64,000 nucleotides of DNA. It comes from Candidatus Omnitrophota bacterium. Its GTDB lineage: Bacteria; Omnitrophota; Gorgyraeia; Zapsychrales; Zapsychraceae. Below the pieces are notes generated by a model. The model did not search any database. It had not been told where the DNA came from and worked only from the letters and a program-made list of their open reading frames with translations. Shown in pieces: positions 38,059-48,615 of this stretch; position 1 is the first letter of the stretch; each line of letters opens with the position of its first letter. The stretch is from NCBI GenBank assembly GCA_028280285.1, contig JANQMA010000003.1:8868-72867 (forward strand), written 5' to 3'. The position numbers and the translations under genes are program-made.

Positions 38059-38985
38059 ATGCCGGCACTAACCTTTAAAAGTTCAAAACTACTGAGAGCT
38101 CAAGACAGCTTTACAAGCTTTGCTTTTGTTTTACCCGCCTTGGTTATCTTTTCTATTTTTTACGTCTATCCTTTTTTCGATATATTTAATCTTTCCTTGC
38201 ATGAGTGGAATGGTATCAGCTTTAAACGGACATTTGTCGGTTTTGATAACTTTAGTGAGCTCGGCGTGGATAAAATTTGGTGGAAATCTGTTTGGAATGC
38301 GATGTATATCACCATTATGGCGTTGACACTTCAAAATGCACTTGCCTTTGCTTTGGCTCTTGCTTGTGATCGCGAGATCCGAATGAAAAATTTTTACCGT
38401 GTGGTTTTCTTTCTGCCGCCGGTATTATCGGAAATTGTTGTCGGTTTGATCTGGCGTTGGATTCTCAATGCGGAAATGCAAGCAGGCGAGCATATCGGGC
38501 TTCTTAATCATTGGTTGGTGCAGTCAGGACTGCCTCATTTAGTGCACGAATGGTTAAGTGACCCAGAGACCGCACTTACATGTATTGCGGTTGTCCATTG
38601 TTGGAAAGGATTTGGTTGGGGTTTTATTATGCTTTTGGCTGGTTTACAGACGATTGATCGTCAGCTTTATGAAGCAGCCAAAGTCGACGGAGCCAACACA
38701 TTATCTACGTTCTGGCATGTAACATTGCCGATGATGGTCCCGGTTATCTTGGTGGTCGTGATTTTAACTGTGCTTGGATCGATGCAGGCATTTGTTTTGA
38801 TTTTATCAATGGTTGGGCAAGGACTTGTGTATCATACGGAAGTGCCGGTCACGCGTATTTTGGCATCGATGCAGGGTGTTAATCGTTTTGGTTATGCATG
38901 TGCCCAAGGTGTATGTTTTGCAGGGATTCTTATTTGTATTTCGATTTTCTTTAAAATGATTTCGGACCGGGCGAAACAGGTTTAA
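38059..38985 (+). CDS. Carbohydrate ABC transporter permease
   Basis: FVGFDNF, LYEAAKVDGA. Confidence 0.95.
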   Translation: MPALTFKSSKLLRAQDSFTSFAFVLPALVIFSIFYVYPFFDIFNLSLHEWNGISFKRTFVGFDNFSELGVDKIWWKSVWNAMYITIMALTLQNALAFALALACDREIRMKNFYRVVFFLPPVLSEIVVGLIWRWILNAEMQAGEHIGLLNHWLVQSGLPHLVHEWLSDPETALTCIAVVHCWKGFGWGFIMLLAGLQTIDRQLYEAAKVDGANTLSTFWHVTLPMMVPVILVVVILTVLGSMQAFVLILSMVGQGLVYHTEVPVTRILASMQGVNRFGYACAQGVCFAGILICISIFFKMISDRAKQV

Positions 38986-38989
38986 AAAA

Positions 38990-39835
38990 ATGGAAAAAGA
39001 CAATTATCGCACAAGAAATTTTCTTAAATATTCTTTCATCCACATTGTTTTGGCCTCTGTGGCCATGACGTGTTTATTTCCTTTATTTTGGATGTTGCGT
39101 TCGTCTTTAATGACGCAAAGTACGATATATACCGATAAAAATCTTATTCCTTCAGAAATTATTTTTGAAAATTTTGCAACCGCCTGGGTGCAAGGTAATT
39201 TCGGCATTTATTTTATGAACAGTGTGATTTATACGGTCAGTGTTGTTGTGCTTATTGTTATTATTGCGTCACTTGCGGCCTTTGCTTTTTCCCGTCTTGA
39301 ATTTCCGGGAAAAAATATTATTTTTTATATGTTTGTGCTTGCGTTAATGATTCCGCTTCCGGGAAGTTTTGTTCCTTTGGTTGTTTTGATGAATAAGATC
39401 GGACTTGCGGATACGCGTATAGGATATATACTTTGTATGACGAACGTTGGTCTGTCTATGTCAATTCTTATGCTTAAGACATTTTTTGATAAAATGCCTT
39501 CTGATCTTGAGGATGCAGCCAGAATAGACGGATGTGGTAAACTGGGTATTTGGTGGAATGTTGCATTGCCTTTGGCTAGGCCGGCGATTGCGGTTATTGT
39601 TATTTTTAATTCACTTAATGTATGGAATGAATACATCCTCGCGCAACTTCTGCTAAGTAACAAATCTTTAATGCCTTTGCAAAGAGGATTGATGGTTTTT
39701 CAAGGCTCTAACATCAATAATGATCCGGTGCTCATGGCCGGCCTTACGATAGCTGTTATCCCAATCATCCTCATTTATCTGGCTATGCAAAAGCATATTA
39801 TTAAAGGCCTGGCTTCAGGTGCCGTGGTTGGATAA
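38990..39835 (+). CDS. Carbohydrate ABC transporter permease
   Basis: LEDAARIDG, WNEY. Confidence 0.95.
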   Translation: MEKDNYRTRNFLKYSFIHIVLASVAMTCLFPLFWMLRSSLMTQSTIYTDKNLIPSEIIFENFATAWVQGNFGIYFMNSVIYTVSVVVLIVIIASLAAFAFSRLEFPGKNIIFYMFVLALMIPLPGSFVPLVVLMNKIGLADTRIGYILCMTNVGLSMSILMLKTFFDKMPSDLEDAARIDGCGKLGIWWNVALPLARPAIAVIVIFNSLNVWNEYILAQLLLSNKSLMPLQRGLMVFQGSNINNDPVLMAGLTIAVIPIILIYLAMQKHIIKGLASGAVVG

Positions 39836-39847
39836 ATTTATAAATGA

Positions 39848-39939
39848 GCGTTTAATTTACGTGACCGAAAGGAGAACGTAAATTAGATACGCGAATTAAT
39901 CCCGAGCCAATTTTGATTATTTTCAGTGGCGAGGGATCT
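39848..39939. repeat. Long hairpin (CC-GAAA-GG loop) plus ATCCCGAG...CGAGGGAT element
   Basis: TAATTTACGT/ACGTAAATTA stem; element ends match 6765-6804. Confidence 0.55.
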
Positions 39940-39953
39940 GTTGTAATTTCCTA

Positions 39954-42257
39954 ATGAATATACGTTTTCTTAAAATTTGTTTTTTTCTATTCATCTTGTT
40001 ATGCGTATCGCATTACTCTAATGCCTCCGCACAAGATATTTCTTCTCAAGAGCTTGTCCGTCAAGCATGGGAGTATTCAAGCCAAAAAAATCTCGAACAG
40101 CTAAATGCGGTCGTTAAACAATGTGTTGATGTGTATGGCGAAGAGGCGCTTCAGTCACAAAAAGGTTTAACGAATTTCCCCGACAGGGCGAGCGCTAAAA
40201 ATTATCAAGCCCTTAATGATGTCGGGACGTGTTTATTTATTCAGGCCGAGGCGTATATGAATACAGGACAAACGGAGAAAGCCTTGGCGGCGTTTGATCA
40301 TATTATTAGGGAATATAAATGGGCGCAGGCCTGGGATCCGCGTGGGTGGTACTGGTCTATCGTCGAGAAAAGTCAGGCGAGTATTGATGTGATTACAGGC
40401 AATGTCGTGGAAGAAGATCAAGAGCCAAAAGTAACATTACGCACAAAACCACAGTTGTTCAAAAAACCCAAAGAGATAATAGTTGATTATTCCAAGTATG
40501 GTGATTTTACCAATGTAGGATCGGCTGATTATCGTTTCCAGATTAAAGATATGGAAGGTTTGAAAAAAGCCGTGGGCGAGGGGATTTATCCAAATACGTC
40601 GGCGACTTTCGATAACCCACGCTATAAAATAGTCAAAAATGAAGGGCGCCTCGAAGGCAGCCACTGGGATTTTGTGAGTACCGACGATCTTGAAGCTGCT
40701 TATTTTAAATGGTTCACAGCATCAGAACCATGGGGCGTACGTTTATTTTATATCGGAAATATTTTTGAGAAGGCAGGTATGTATAAAGATGCTCTGCGTG
40801 CGTATCATGCCTTAATCGTTCATTATCCGAAAACCGTTGCCTGGACGTATTGGCAAACACCTTGGTATCCGGCGCAGGTCGCTGTTTTTAAAATCCGTCA
40901 TATCATACGTTCTCATCCCGAACTTAATCTTGAAGATAAATGGATGAAAATTGTTATTAAAAATAGTTTTGATAATACGGCGGATAATGATGTTTTTATT
41001 ACATGGCCTGGTAAAATTTTTCAAAAGGGTGTTATTCAACGCGCTTCAGAAAAATTAAAATGGGCATCAGATGATCAAGAGACATTAACTAAAGTTATTA
41101 AGAAAATTGGCGAGGGGAAAGTAAGGCTTGTTCAATATGAAAATAAACATTGGCAATTACTCGTCGATGATAAGCCGTATATTATTAAAGGTATAACGTA
41201 TGAGCCGACAAAAATTGGTCAAAGTCCGGATAAAGGAACACTTGAAAACTGGATGGAAGAAGATTTAAACGAAAATGGCTTAATTGATGGTCCATATGAA
41301 GCGTGGATTGATGCAAACTATAATAACAAGCAAGATGAAGATGAGCCGACGGTTGGGGATTTCCAAATCATGAAAGAGATGGGGGTCAACACAATTCGTT
41401 TTTATCATAATTCGAATCCACCGAACAAAGAATTGTTACGAGACATGTATGCAAAGTACGGTATTCGTGTGATTTTAGGTGACTTTCTCGGGAAATATGC
41501 GCATGGATCCGGTGCAACGTGGGCAGAGGGAACCGATTATGAAAATCCTGAGCATCGCGCGAACATGATGAAAGCGGTTCAAAAAATGGTCATGGAAAAT
41601 AAAGATGAACCGTACATGTTAATGTGGTTACTTGGCAATGAAAACAATTATGGCGTTGCCTGTAATGCCGATACAAAACCAAAAGCCTATTTTGAGTTTG
41701 CGAATGAAGTGGCCAAGTGGATTAAATCAGTTGACCCTAATCACCCGGTTGCCTTGAGCAATGGGGACACACTGTTTTTAGATATTTTTGCTGAAGTGGC
41801 TCCGGATATTGATATTTTTTCCGCCAATGTGTATCGCGGTAATTTTGGGTTTGGTTCTTACTGGCAGCAAGTGGCTAATACCGTTGGCAGGCCGGCCTTT
41901 GTTACAGAATACGGATGCCCGGCTTATGCGCCGCATCTAACGCTTAAAGAAGCCGAAGAGGCCCAGGCAGAGTACCATGCGGGCAATTGGTTGGATATTG
42001 AAGAAAATATGGCTGGAAATTCCCGTGGTGAAGGAAATGCTTTAGGGGGCGTTATTTTTGAATGGCTGGATGAATGGTGGAAAAATTATGAGCCCTATAG
42101 GCACGATAAAAAGTCTGATGCGATTGGCCCATTTCCGGGGGGTTATTACTTTGAAGAATGGTTTGGGATTATAAGTCAGGGCGACGGCTCCAACAGCCCC
42201 TATATGCGCCAGCTGAGGAAAGCCTACTTTACCTATCAGGATTTTTGGACGAAATAA
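39954..42257 (+). CDS. Secreted TPR-like + clan GH-A (GH2-like) TIM-barrel protein
   Basis: Signal peptide; MGVNTIRFY, WLLGNENNY, VTEYG, FEWLDEWWK. Confidence 0.8.
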   Translation: MNIRFLKICFFLFILLCVSHYSNASAQDISSQELVRQAWEYSSQKNLEQLNAVVKQCVDVYGEEALQSQKGLTNFPDRASAKNYQALNDVGTCLFIQAEAYMNTGQTEKALAAFDHIIREYKWAQAWDPRGWYWSIVEKSQASIDVITGNVVEEDQEPKVTLRTKPQLFKKPKEIIVDYSKYGDFTNVGSADYRFQIKDMEGLKKAVGEGIYPNTSATFDNPRYKIVKNEGRLEGSHWDFVSTDDLEAAYFKWFTASEPWGVRLFYIGNIFEKAGMYKDALRAYHALIVHYPKTVAWTYWQTPWYPAQVAVFKIRHIIRSHPELNLEDKWMKIVIKNSFDNTADNDVFITWPGKIFQKGVIQRASEKLKWASDDQETLTKVIKKIGEGKVRLVQYENKHWQLLVDDKPYIIKGITYEPTKIGQSPDKGTLENWMEEDLNENGLIDGPYEAWIDANYNNKQDEDEPTVGDFQIMKEMGVNTIRFYHNSNPPNKELLRDMYAKYGIRVILGDFLGKYAHGSGATWAEGTDYENPEHRANMMKAVQKMVMENKDEPYMLMWLLGNENNYGVACNADTKPKAYFEFANEVAKWIKSVDPNHPVALSNGDTLFLDIFAEVAPDIDIFSANVYRGNFGFGSYWQQVANTVGRPAFVTEYGCPAYAPHLTLKEAEEAQAEYHAGNWLDIEENMAGNSRGEGNALGGVIFEWLDEWWKNYEPYRHDKKSDAIGPFPGGYYFEEWFGIISQGDGSNSPYMRQLRKAYFTYQDFWTK

Positions 42258-42362
42258 CCAGCCTTTAGGCCGGCTTTGGCCCAGATGACAAAAATTTGGC
42301 GCTTTGCTAAAAATATTGTATACTTTTATAACTATATTATAAACGCAAATGGAGGTGTAGTA

Positions 42363-43211
42363 ATGAAGAAGTTGTTATTTGTAATCGGTTTAGTAGCTTG
42401 CCTTGGGCTAAGCACAAATGTATATGCCTATAATTTTGGGGATTTTAGGTCTGAAACATTGACCGCCAAAGCTTGGGGGGCATTGGCAAGCGGCGATATC
42501 GAAGCCGTTTTAGCCTATACAAACAAAAATTTAGAACTTTATGGCGACCAAGCCAAAGATATGCAAAAATTATTGCAGGCATATCCGGAAGGGTCCAATG
42601 ATGATATTTTTGCTTATTGGGCATTGAATGATGTGGCAACAAGCCTTTTTATTCAAGGTGAAGCCTATCGCAAGGCCGATATGAAAGAAGAGGCTGAAGA
42701 AGCCTATAAAACACTGTTAGATGACTACACTTATGGTCAAGCCTGGGATGTTAAGGGATGGTTTTGGAAGCCTGCTGAAGCGGCCCGCGAAAAGCTTGCG
42801 CTTCTTGAGTCTGGCAAAAGTGTTGATTTTGGTGATTACACATCTGCATTTCTGGCAACACAAGCTTGGAAAGCACTTAAGGCAGAAGATACAGAGTCCG
42901 TGGTCACTTATGCCGATAAAGTGTTAGAGCTATATCAATCACAAGCCGTTGAAATGCAAGACTCATTGACAGAGTATCCTTGGGAATCAAACGAAAAGAT
43001 TTTTAGTTATTGGGCTCTTAATGATGTTGGAACAGTTTTGTATATCAAAGGTGAGGCTCTTAAAAAGGCTGGCCAAACAGAAGAGGCCGTAGAAATTTAT
43101 AAAGATTTAGTTGATAATTATTATTATGCGCAATGTTGGGATCCGAACGGATGGTTTTGGAAGCCGGCGGAAGTTGCTCAGCAAGCGTTAAGTGACCTAG
43201 AAGATTTATAA
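42363..43211 (+). CDS. Secreted protein with two copies of a helical WALNDV/WDPxGWFW domain
   Basis: GGAGGTG SD, signal peptide, internal duplication. Confidence 0.8.
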   Translation: MKKLLFVIGLVACLGLSTNVYAYNFGDFRSETLTAKAWGALASGDIEAVLAYTNKNLELYGDQAKDMQKLLQAYPEGSNDDIFAYWALNDVATSLFIQGEAYRKADMKEEAEEAYKTLLDDYTYGQAWDVKGWFWKPAEAAREKLALLESGKSVDFGDYTSAFLATQAWKALKAEDTESVVTYADKVLELYQSQAVEMQDSLTEYPWESNEKIFSYWALNDVGTVLYIKGEALKKAGQTEEAVEIYKDLVDNYYYAQCWDPNGWFWKPAEVAQQALSDLEDL

Positions 43212-43228
43212 TATATGGTCTAGATTTA

Positions 43229-43270
43229 TTGCCCTGGTGTTGTATAATACTGCGCCAGGGCAAATTTTTT
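43229..43270 (+). terminator. Rho-independent terminator
   Basis: TTGCCCTGGTG/CGCCAGGGCAA stem then T-run. Confidence 0.7.
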
Positions 43271-43300
43271 ATTCCGCTCAATTAGTTAGAAAGGTTTATC

Positions 43301-43954
43301 ATGCAATTTTGGGGTGTTGTAATTCTATCGTGCCTCTTTGTTTTTACGGGTTGCGCTAAAGAAGATTCTCAAGAAAATAAAAAGGGTGCAACCGAAACAA
43401 AAGAGATGGCTGATAATAAAGTTGCAAGCAAGTTTAAGCCTTTCTACATCTATCAAAACAAAGGCTCCCGCGCAAATCATTATATACCATCAGGTTTTAT
43501 GCCAAATGGAAAGTGTTTGGCATTTAATGATGCATGGGTTGATAACTGCCATTCGGGTTCGTCATGTATTCAAATCGATTATGATGTTAAGTGTTCCCGT
43601 GCCGATCAAAAGTGGGCGGGCATTTATTGGCTTAATCCTGCTAACAACTGGGGAACACGCAAAGGCGGGTATAATCTTACCGGGGCATCTTATTTAACCT
43701 TCTGGGCTCGCGGAGATCAAGGGGGCGAATACATCCAGGAAGTCACTGTCGGGGGTGTAGAAGGTAAGTACCCTGATTCCGACAAGGTCATCTTCGGTCC
43801 GATCATTCTTTCCAAGGAATGGAAGCATTACAAAATCGATTTACGCGGTAAAGACTTATCTTATATTAGCGGTGGTTTTTCATGGGCAACAGATGAAGAA
43901 TCCGTTAATGCCGATGATTGTGTCTTTTATTTAGACGAAATAAGGTTTGAATAA
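43301..43954 (+). CDS. Lipoprotein with galactose-binding-like (CBM11-like) fold
   Basis: Lipobox FTGC; WAGIYW, LTFWARG, W..YKIDL, YLDEIRFE. Confidence 0.7.
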   Translation: MQFWGVVILSCLFVFTGCAKEDSQENKKGATETKEMADNKVASKFKPFYIYQNKGSRANHYIPSGFMPNGKCLAFNDAWVDNCHSGSSCIQIDYDVKCSRADQKWAGIYWLNPANNWGTRKGGYNLTGASYLTFWARGDQGGEYIQEVTVGGVEGKYPDSDKVIFGPIILSKEWKHYKIDLRGKDLSYISGGFSWATDEESVNADDCVFYLDEIRFE

Positions 43955-44096
43955 TATCACAATTCCTACCCCACTCACTCCTAAACACTTATTATATTAA
44001 ATAGTTATATTAAATATAAGAAAAAATAACGGAATATACTTGTATTAAAAAAAATACTTTGTTATATTCATTGTGACATTCACCATAGGAGAGTCT

Positions 44097-45437
44097 ATGT
44101 CCAAAGCGGCAAAACAAAGCCTAATTATACTTATCTTTCTGCTATTAGTAGCTTTAGGATTCGCGGGCTATATTGTCTTTGAAAAAAATAAACTTGAGAA
44201 GGAAGTTACCTATCTCAACACTGAACTTGACAAGGCTGATAAGCGTGAGAAAGAAAAGGCCAGAAAGATCGGCAGCCTCAATAAAGAAATTCAAGGGCTT
44301 AATGACGTCAAGACTGATCTTGAAGGAAAATTACAAGTAGCCAGCAACAAAGCTGCCGAACTTGCCCGGGAAGTTGAAGGTCTAAACCAACAAATTACCT
44401 CTGTAACCGACGAGCGCGATAAGCTTAACCGGCGCGTCGGTATTCTGAGCCAAGAGACCGAAAAGCTGAACAGAGAGGTGGTTGAGCTTAAAAACCGCGA
44501 ACCGGAGGTCAAAATTGTCTATCGTGACCGCGAAGTTCCTGCCGCGGGCGATGCAAAAAAAGGCACACAACAATCAGAACCAAGATCGGCTAAAAGTACA
44601 GTAGAGGCGAAAGCTATCCCAAAAGTTTCTGCTGATGATGAAGGTTACTGGGCCGGTGTCCTTAAACAAAAAGCCGAACTACAAGTTCAAATAGAAGATC
44701 TTAAATCCCAACTCTCTACATATTCTTTACAAGTTGTTGAACTTAAGCAATCCAATGCGGATTTGCAGCTTGAATTGGATGGGCTTAAACATAACAAAGA
44801 AGAGGTTGAACGGGAAATTAAGTATAAGACAGATTTAATTAACAACCTTTCTCTGGAGCTGGCACGTTCAAAAAATGATAAAAAGTTTGTTGTTGACCGT
44901 GTTGATAAACTCAATGAAGAAAATAAAATGTTACGCTCAGAACTTAAAAAATTAGTTTCTGTCAAAAGTTCACTTGAAAAATCGATCGTTCGTCTGACAG
45001 AAGATAAAAAGAAAATGGCAAAGCAGCTTGAACACACGGATGGCATGATTCAAAGCAAGATTGATGAGATTTGGGATATTAAAGAAAGTCTCGACGAGAA
45101 TTTTGCGGCTTCCAGGGGCATGAATCAGAAAACAGAAATTGAATTGCCGCCAATTGTAGTAAACTCAAGCAGCACGAATGAGCCGGCGATTAATTTTAAC
45201 TATGATCAAACCACGCCTGGATTTGACGGGCGTGTTGTCAGTATCAATGAAGATAATAATTTTATTATCGTTGATGTGGGAGAGTCGGCCGGTGTTCGGC
45301 TAGGTGATACACTAAGTGTTTATCGTGATGCCAAATATATTGCACGGCTTGAGGTCATTCAAGTACGTAAAGATATTGCTGCCGCTGATATCAAAGATCA
45401 ATGGGCGCGCATTAAAGTAGGAGACGTGATCCGTTAG
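44097..45437 (+). CDS. Membrane-anchored coiled-coil protein with C-terminal beta domain
   Basis: AGGAGAG SD, N-terminal TM, long heptads, DVGE..GVR.GD.L.VYR. Confidence 0.75.
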   Translation: MSKAAKQSLIILIFLLLVALGFAGYIVFEKNKLEKEVTYLNTELDKADKREKEKARKIGSLNKEIQGLNDVKTDLEGKLQVASNKAAELAREVEGLNQQITSVTDERDKLNRRVGILSQETEKLNREVVELKNREPEVKIVYRDREVPAAGDAKKGTQQSEPRSAKSTVEAKAIPKVSADDEGYWAGVLKQKAELQVQIEDLKSQLSTYSLQVVELKQSNADLQLELDGLKHNKEEVEREIKYKTDLINNLSLELARSKNDKKFVVDRVDKLNEENKMLRSELKKLVSVKSSLEKSIVRLTEDKKKMAKQLEHTDGMIQSKIDEIWDIKESLDENFAASRGMNQKTEIELPPIVVNSSSTNEPAINFNYDQTTPGFDGRVVSINEDNNFIIVDVGESAGVRLGDTLSVYRDAKYIARLEVIQVRKDIAAADIKDQWARIKVGDVIR

Positions 45438-45438
45438 T

Positions 45439-46446
45439 ATGAGTGATCAAAAAAAAGTCAGCATTGAAGATGTCGCCCGTCGAGCCAAGGTTTCTATCAC
45501 GACGGTATCCCGTGTTATCAATAATGTAAGTACTGTTTCAAAGAAGAATCGCATCAAGGTCGAAGAAGCGATTGCCCACCTTAAGTATAAACCAAATGTT
45601 AATGCGCAGAATTTAGCGCGCGGAACAAACAACGCGATCGGGTTGGTTATTCCAGGCTACCCGGGCATATTTCATTCTTTTTATGCGATTGAACTTATCC
45701 GTGGTGTCGGGCATGCGTGCGAAGCGAACAAACTCGATTTGGTTTTTCATATTACCAATGGATTTAATCCGATTAATACCAATAGTGTCGGCGGGATAGT
45801 ATTTGCTGATATTATTGAGAACCGTAAGCAAGTTGAGCAAGCCGTTGCCCAGGGGACTCCGTGTGCGATTATCAACAATCATGTTGACGATTTGGATGTA
45901 AGTTATATTGCCATTAATAATAAATTTGGAGGAGAGCAGGCGGCCGACTATTTGGCAAGTCTTGGTCATACACGTATTGCGACAATTACCGGTCAGCTTG
46001 GGACACAGGCAGGCGCCGATCGCCTCGAAGGATTTAAACAATGTTTAGCGAAGAAAAAGACAGCTTTGCCGGATGAGTATATTGTGCAGGGTGATTATTC
46101 CAGACGCAGTGCCCGTGAAGGAGCGGAGAAATTGCTGGCACTTAAAGATAAACCGACAGCCGTTTTTGTCGCCAGTGATGATATGGCCCTTGAGGTCATG
46201 GCGACATTTATGGAAAAAGGACTCAAAGTCCCGGAAGATATTTCTATTATTGGTTTTGATGATAATCCGGCCTGTCTTTATGCGCCGGTGTCTTTGACAA
46301 CAATCAAGCAACCTCTGTTTGAAATTGCCGAAGAAGCGGTTAAAACTCTCATTGATATGATTTCGGAAAAACGCCCTGATCATCTTCAAAAGACGGTTAA
46401 GCCGGAACTGGTTGTCCGCGAATCCTGCGCTGCCCCTAAAAAATAG
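45439..46446 (+). CDS. LacI family regulator
   Basis: SIEDVARRAKVSITTVSRVIN, VPEDISIIGFDD. Confidence 0.96.
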   Translation: MSDQKKVSIEDVARRAKVSITTVSRVINNVSTVSKKNRIKVEEAIAHLKYKPNVNAQNLARGTNNAIGLVIPGYPGIFHSFYAIELIRGVGHACEANKLDLVFHITNGFNPINTNSVGGIVFADIIENRKQVEQAVAQGTPCAIINNHVDDLDVSYIAINNKFGGEQAADYLASLGHTRIATITGQLGTQAGADRLEGFKQCLAKKKTALPDEYIVQGDYSRRSAREGAEKLLALKDKPTAVFVASDDMALEVMATFMEKGLKVPEDISIIGFDDNPACLYAPVSLTTIKQPLFEIAEEAVKTLIDMISEKRPDHLQKTVKPELVVRESCAAPKK

Positions 46447-46461
46447 CCCTTCTGTCAACTC

Positions 46462-46490
46462 TTGACAAACAATCTGATTCGGGGTACATT
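46462..46490 (+). promoter_or_regulatory. Sigma70-type promoter of mnmG
   Basis: TTGACA-17 bp-TACATT. Confidence 0.55.
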
Positions 46491-46533
46491 TTATCAACAT
46501 ATTTCATGGATTATGAACTAAAAGATAAAATCA

Positions 46534-46642
46534 AGCGTATAGCGAACAGCGTATAGCGGTTAGATAGTAATTAGTTCTAATCGCTAATCGCTAATCGCTA
46601 AACGCTAAACGCTAATCGCTAATCGCTAAACGCTATTCGCTA
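46534..46642. repeat. Family A heptamer element with expanded right arm
   Basis: 4 AGCG units left, 9 CTAWWCG units right. Confidence 0.9.
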
Positions 46643-46644
46643 TT

Positions 46645-48522
46645 ATGAATAAACATTACGACTGTATAGTTATAGGCGCAGGCCACGCAGGCATCGAGGC
46701 CGCCCTGGCGCCTGCCAGAATGGGTTGCAGGACTCTTATGGTGACGCTTTTTTTTAACACCATAGGCCAGATGAGCTGTAATCCGGCGATTGGTGGTGTC
46801 GGGAAGGGCCAGCTTGTTAAGGAAATCGATGCGCTTGGCGGGCAGATGGGCCTGGCCGCTGATGCGACCGGTATTCAGTTTAGGCAGCTTAATACCTCCA
46901 AGGGACAGGCTGTGCGCTCATCCCGCTGCCAATCCGACCGCAAACTCTATAAACTCTATATGCAGGATATCGTGCGCAATCAGGAAAACTTGGATGTGTT
47001 GGAGGATAAGGTTTCTGAATTGATTGTTGAGGGTGATGAGGTTCGCGGCATTAAGACAGAAAACGGTTTAGAAGTTAAAGCGCAAACAGTCATTATAACG
47101 ACAGGCACATTTCTTAAAGGACGCATGCATGTCGGGCGTGACATCACTCAAGGTGGACGCATCAATGAACCGAATTCCGTAACACTGGCAGACAGTATTC
47201 ATGCGCTTGGTTTTCCCGTCATGATGTTTAAAACCGGAACGCCGCCGCGACTAGACGGCAAAACAATCGATTTTGCCAAACTCGAACCGCAACATTCCGA
47301 TGATATTCCCGTTCCGTTTTCATTCCGTACGCTACGCATTCCCGAAGATCAAAAACTTTTGCCGTGCCACATAACCTATACCACGGAACAGACGCATCAA
47401 ATTATTGTGGATAATATGGATCAGTCGCCTATGTATTCCGGGCAGATCGATGCCACCGGTGTGCGTTACTGTCCATCGATTGAAGATAAGTTGAAGAAAT
47501 TTTCCGGCAAAAACCGTCATCATGTCTTTCTTGAACCGGAAGGGCTTGATACAGATGAATATTATCCGAATGGTATTTCAACCGGTTTGCCTCGTGAAGT
47601 GCAAGAGAAATTTGTGCGCAGTATTCCTGGTTTAGAGAACGTCAAGATCACACAATATGGGTACGCGATTGAACACGGCGTTATTCCGGCGACGGAGCTT
47701 TTTCCGACGATGGAGACAAGAAAGGTAAAAGGATTATATTTTGCCGGACAAGTGAACGGAACAACCGGTTATGAGGAGGCTGGCGCGCAGGGCCTGATGG
47801 CCGGTATCAATGCGGCGCTTAAAGTCAAAGGCGAAGAACCTTTTATCCTAAGACGTGATGAGGCTTACATCGGTGTGCTCCTCGATGATTTAACGACGAA
47901 ACAAACAGAAGAACCTTATCGTATGTTCACCTCACGTGTTGAGTACCGCTTGATTGTAAGAGAAGACAATGCCGATAAGAGGCTCGCGCAGTATGGGTAT
48001 AAGTTTGGACTTTTAAGCGAAGAAGAGTATAAAAAGATCATTGATAAATACACGGCGATTGAAGAAGAAATTAAACATTTAAAAAACACACGTATTGCGC
48101 CGGGCACAGACATGGACCGTATTTTAGAAGAGAACGATACCGCGCCGCTTTCGCAAGCAACAACATTAAGTGATATCCTAAAACGCCCGCAGATTAATTA
48201 TGCTATGATTGCCGCCTTTGATGGAACGCTGTGTAATCATCCGCAAGGTGTGATCGATCAGGTCGAATATGAAATCAAATATGAAGGATTTATTAAGCGT
48301 CAGCTTAAAGACGTTGATAAATTCAAGCATATTGAAAAGATCAAGATCCCTCACGATCTTGATTATGATGATATTCAAGGCCTTTCCTTTGAAGTACGCG
48401 AGAAGCTCAAACGCTTCAAACCCCTTAATCTCGGCCAGGCCAACCGCATCTCCGGCATCACCCCGTCTGCCATCACCGTCATGATGGTCTATCTTCAGAA
48501 AATGTATGCTCTGCGCCCGTAA
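46645..48522 (+). CDS. mnmG: tRNA uridine modification enzyme MnmG
   Basis: GAGHAG.EAA, MSCNPAIGG, RYCPSIEDK, GQVNGTTGYEEA. Confidence 0.98.
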   Translation: MNKHYDCIVIGAGHAGIEAALAPARMGCRTLMVTLFFNTIGQMSCNPAIGGVGKGQLVKEIDALGGQMGLAADATGIQFRQLNTSKGQAVRSSRCQSDRKLYKLYMQDIVRNQENLDVLEDKVSELIVEGDEVRGIKTENGLEVKAQTVIITTGTFLKGRMHVGRDITQGGRINEPNSVTLADSIHALGFPVMMFKTGTPPRLDGKTIDFAKLEPQHSDDIPVPFSFRTLRIPEDQKLLPCHITYTTEQTHQIIVDNMDQSPMYSGQIDATGVRYCPSIEDKLKKFSGKNRHHVFLEPEGLDTDEYYPNGISTGLPREVQEKFVRSIPGLENVKITQYGYAIEHGVIPATELFPTMETRKVKGLYFAGQVNGTTGYEEAGAQGLMAGINAALKVKGEEPFILRRDEAYIGVLLDDLTTKQTEEPYRMFTSRVEYRLIVREDNADKRLAQYGYKFGLLSEEEYKKIIDKYTAIEEEIKHLKNTRIAPGTDMDRILEENDTAPLSQATTLSDILKRPQINYAMIAAFDGTLCNHPQGVIDQVEYEIKYEGFIKRQLKDVDKFKHIEKIKIPHDLDYDDIQGLSFEVREKLKRFKPLNLGQANRISGITPSAITVMMVYLQKMYALRP

Positions 48523-48541
48523 ATAGTACCAGGCACTATTT
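48521..48541. repeat. 21-bp REP-like palindrome left of TA module
   Basis: AAATAGTACCAGGCACTATTT. Confidence 0.85.
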
Positions 48542-48545
48542 TCTA

Positions 48546-48600
48546 TTGACTTTAGGCGTATATGTTGTATAATTTACATCGATTGATGTAAAAATTACAA
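48546..48600 (+). promoter_or_regulatory. Promoter with overlapping palindromic operator
   Basis: TTGACT-16 bp-TATAAT; TTTACATC-GATT-GATGTAAA inverted repeat. Confidence 0.7.
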
Positions 48601-48615
48601 TAGTGAGGTGCCACA

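Noticed and set aside
43989-44016. TTATATTAAATA direct repeat
   Set aside because: Low-complexity AT-rich; cannot be distinguished from chance.
46577-46642. Possible CRISPR array
   Set aside because: Contiguous 7-mers with no unique spacers; no cas genes in the window.
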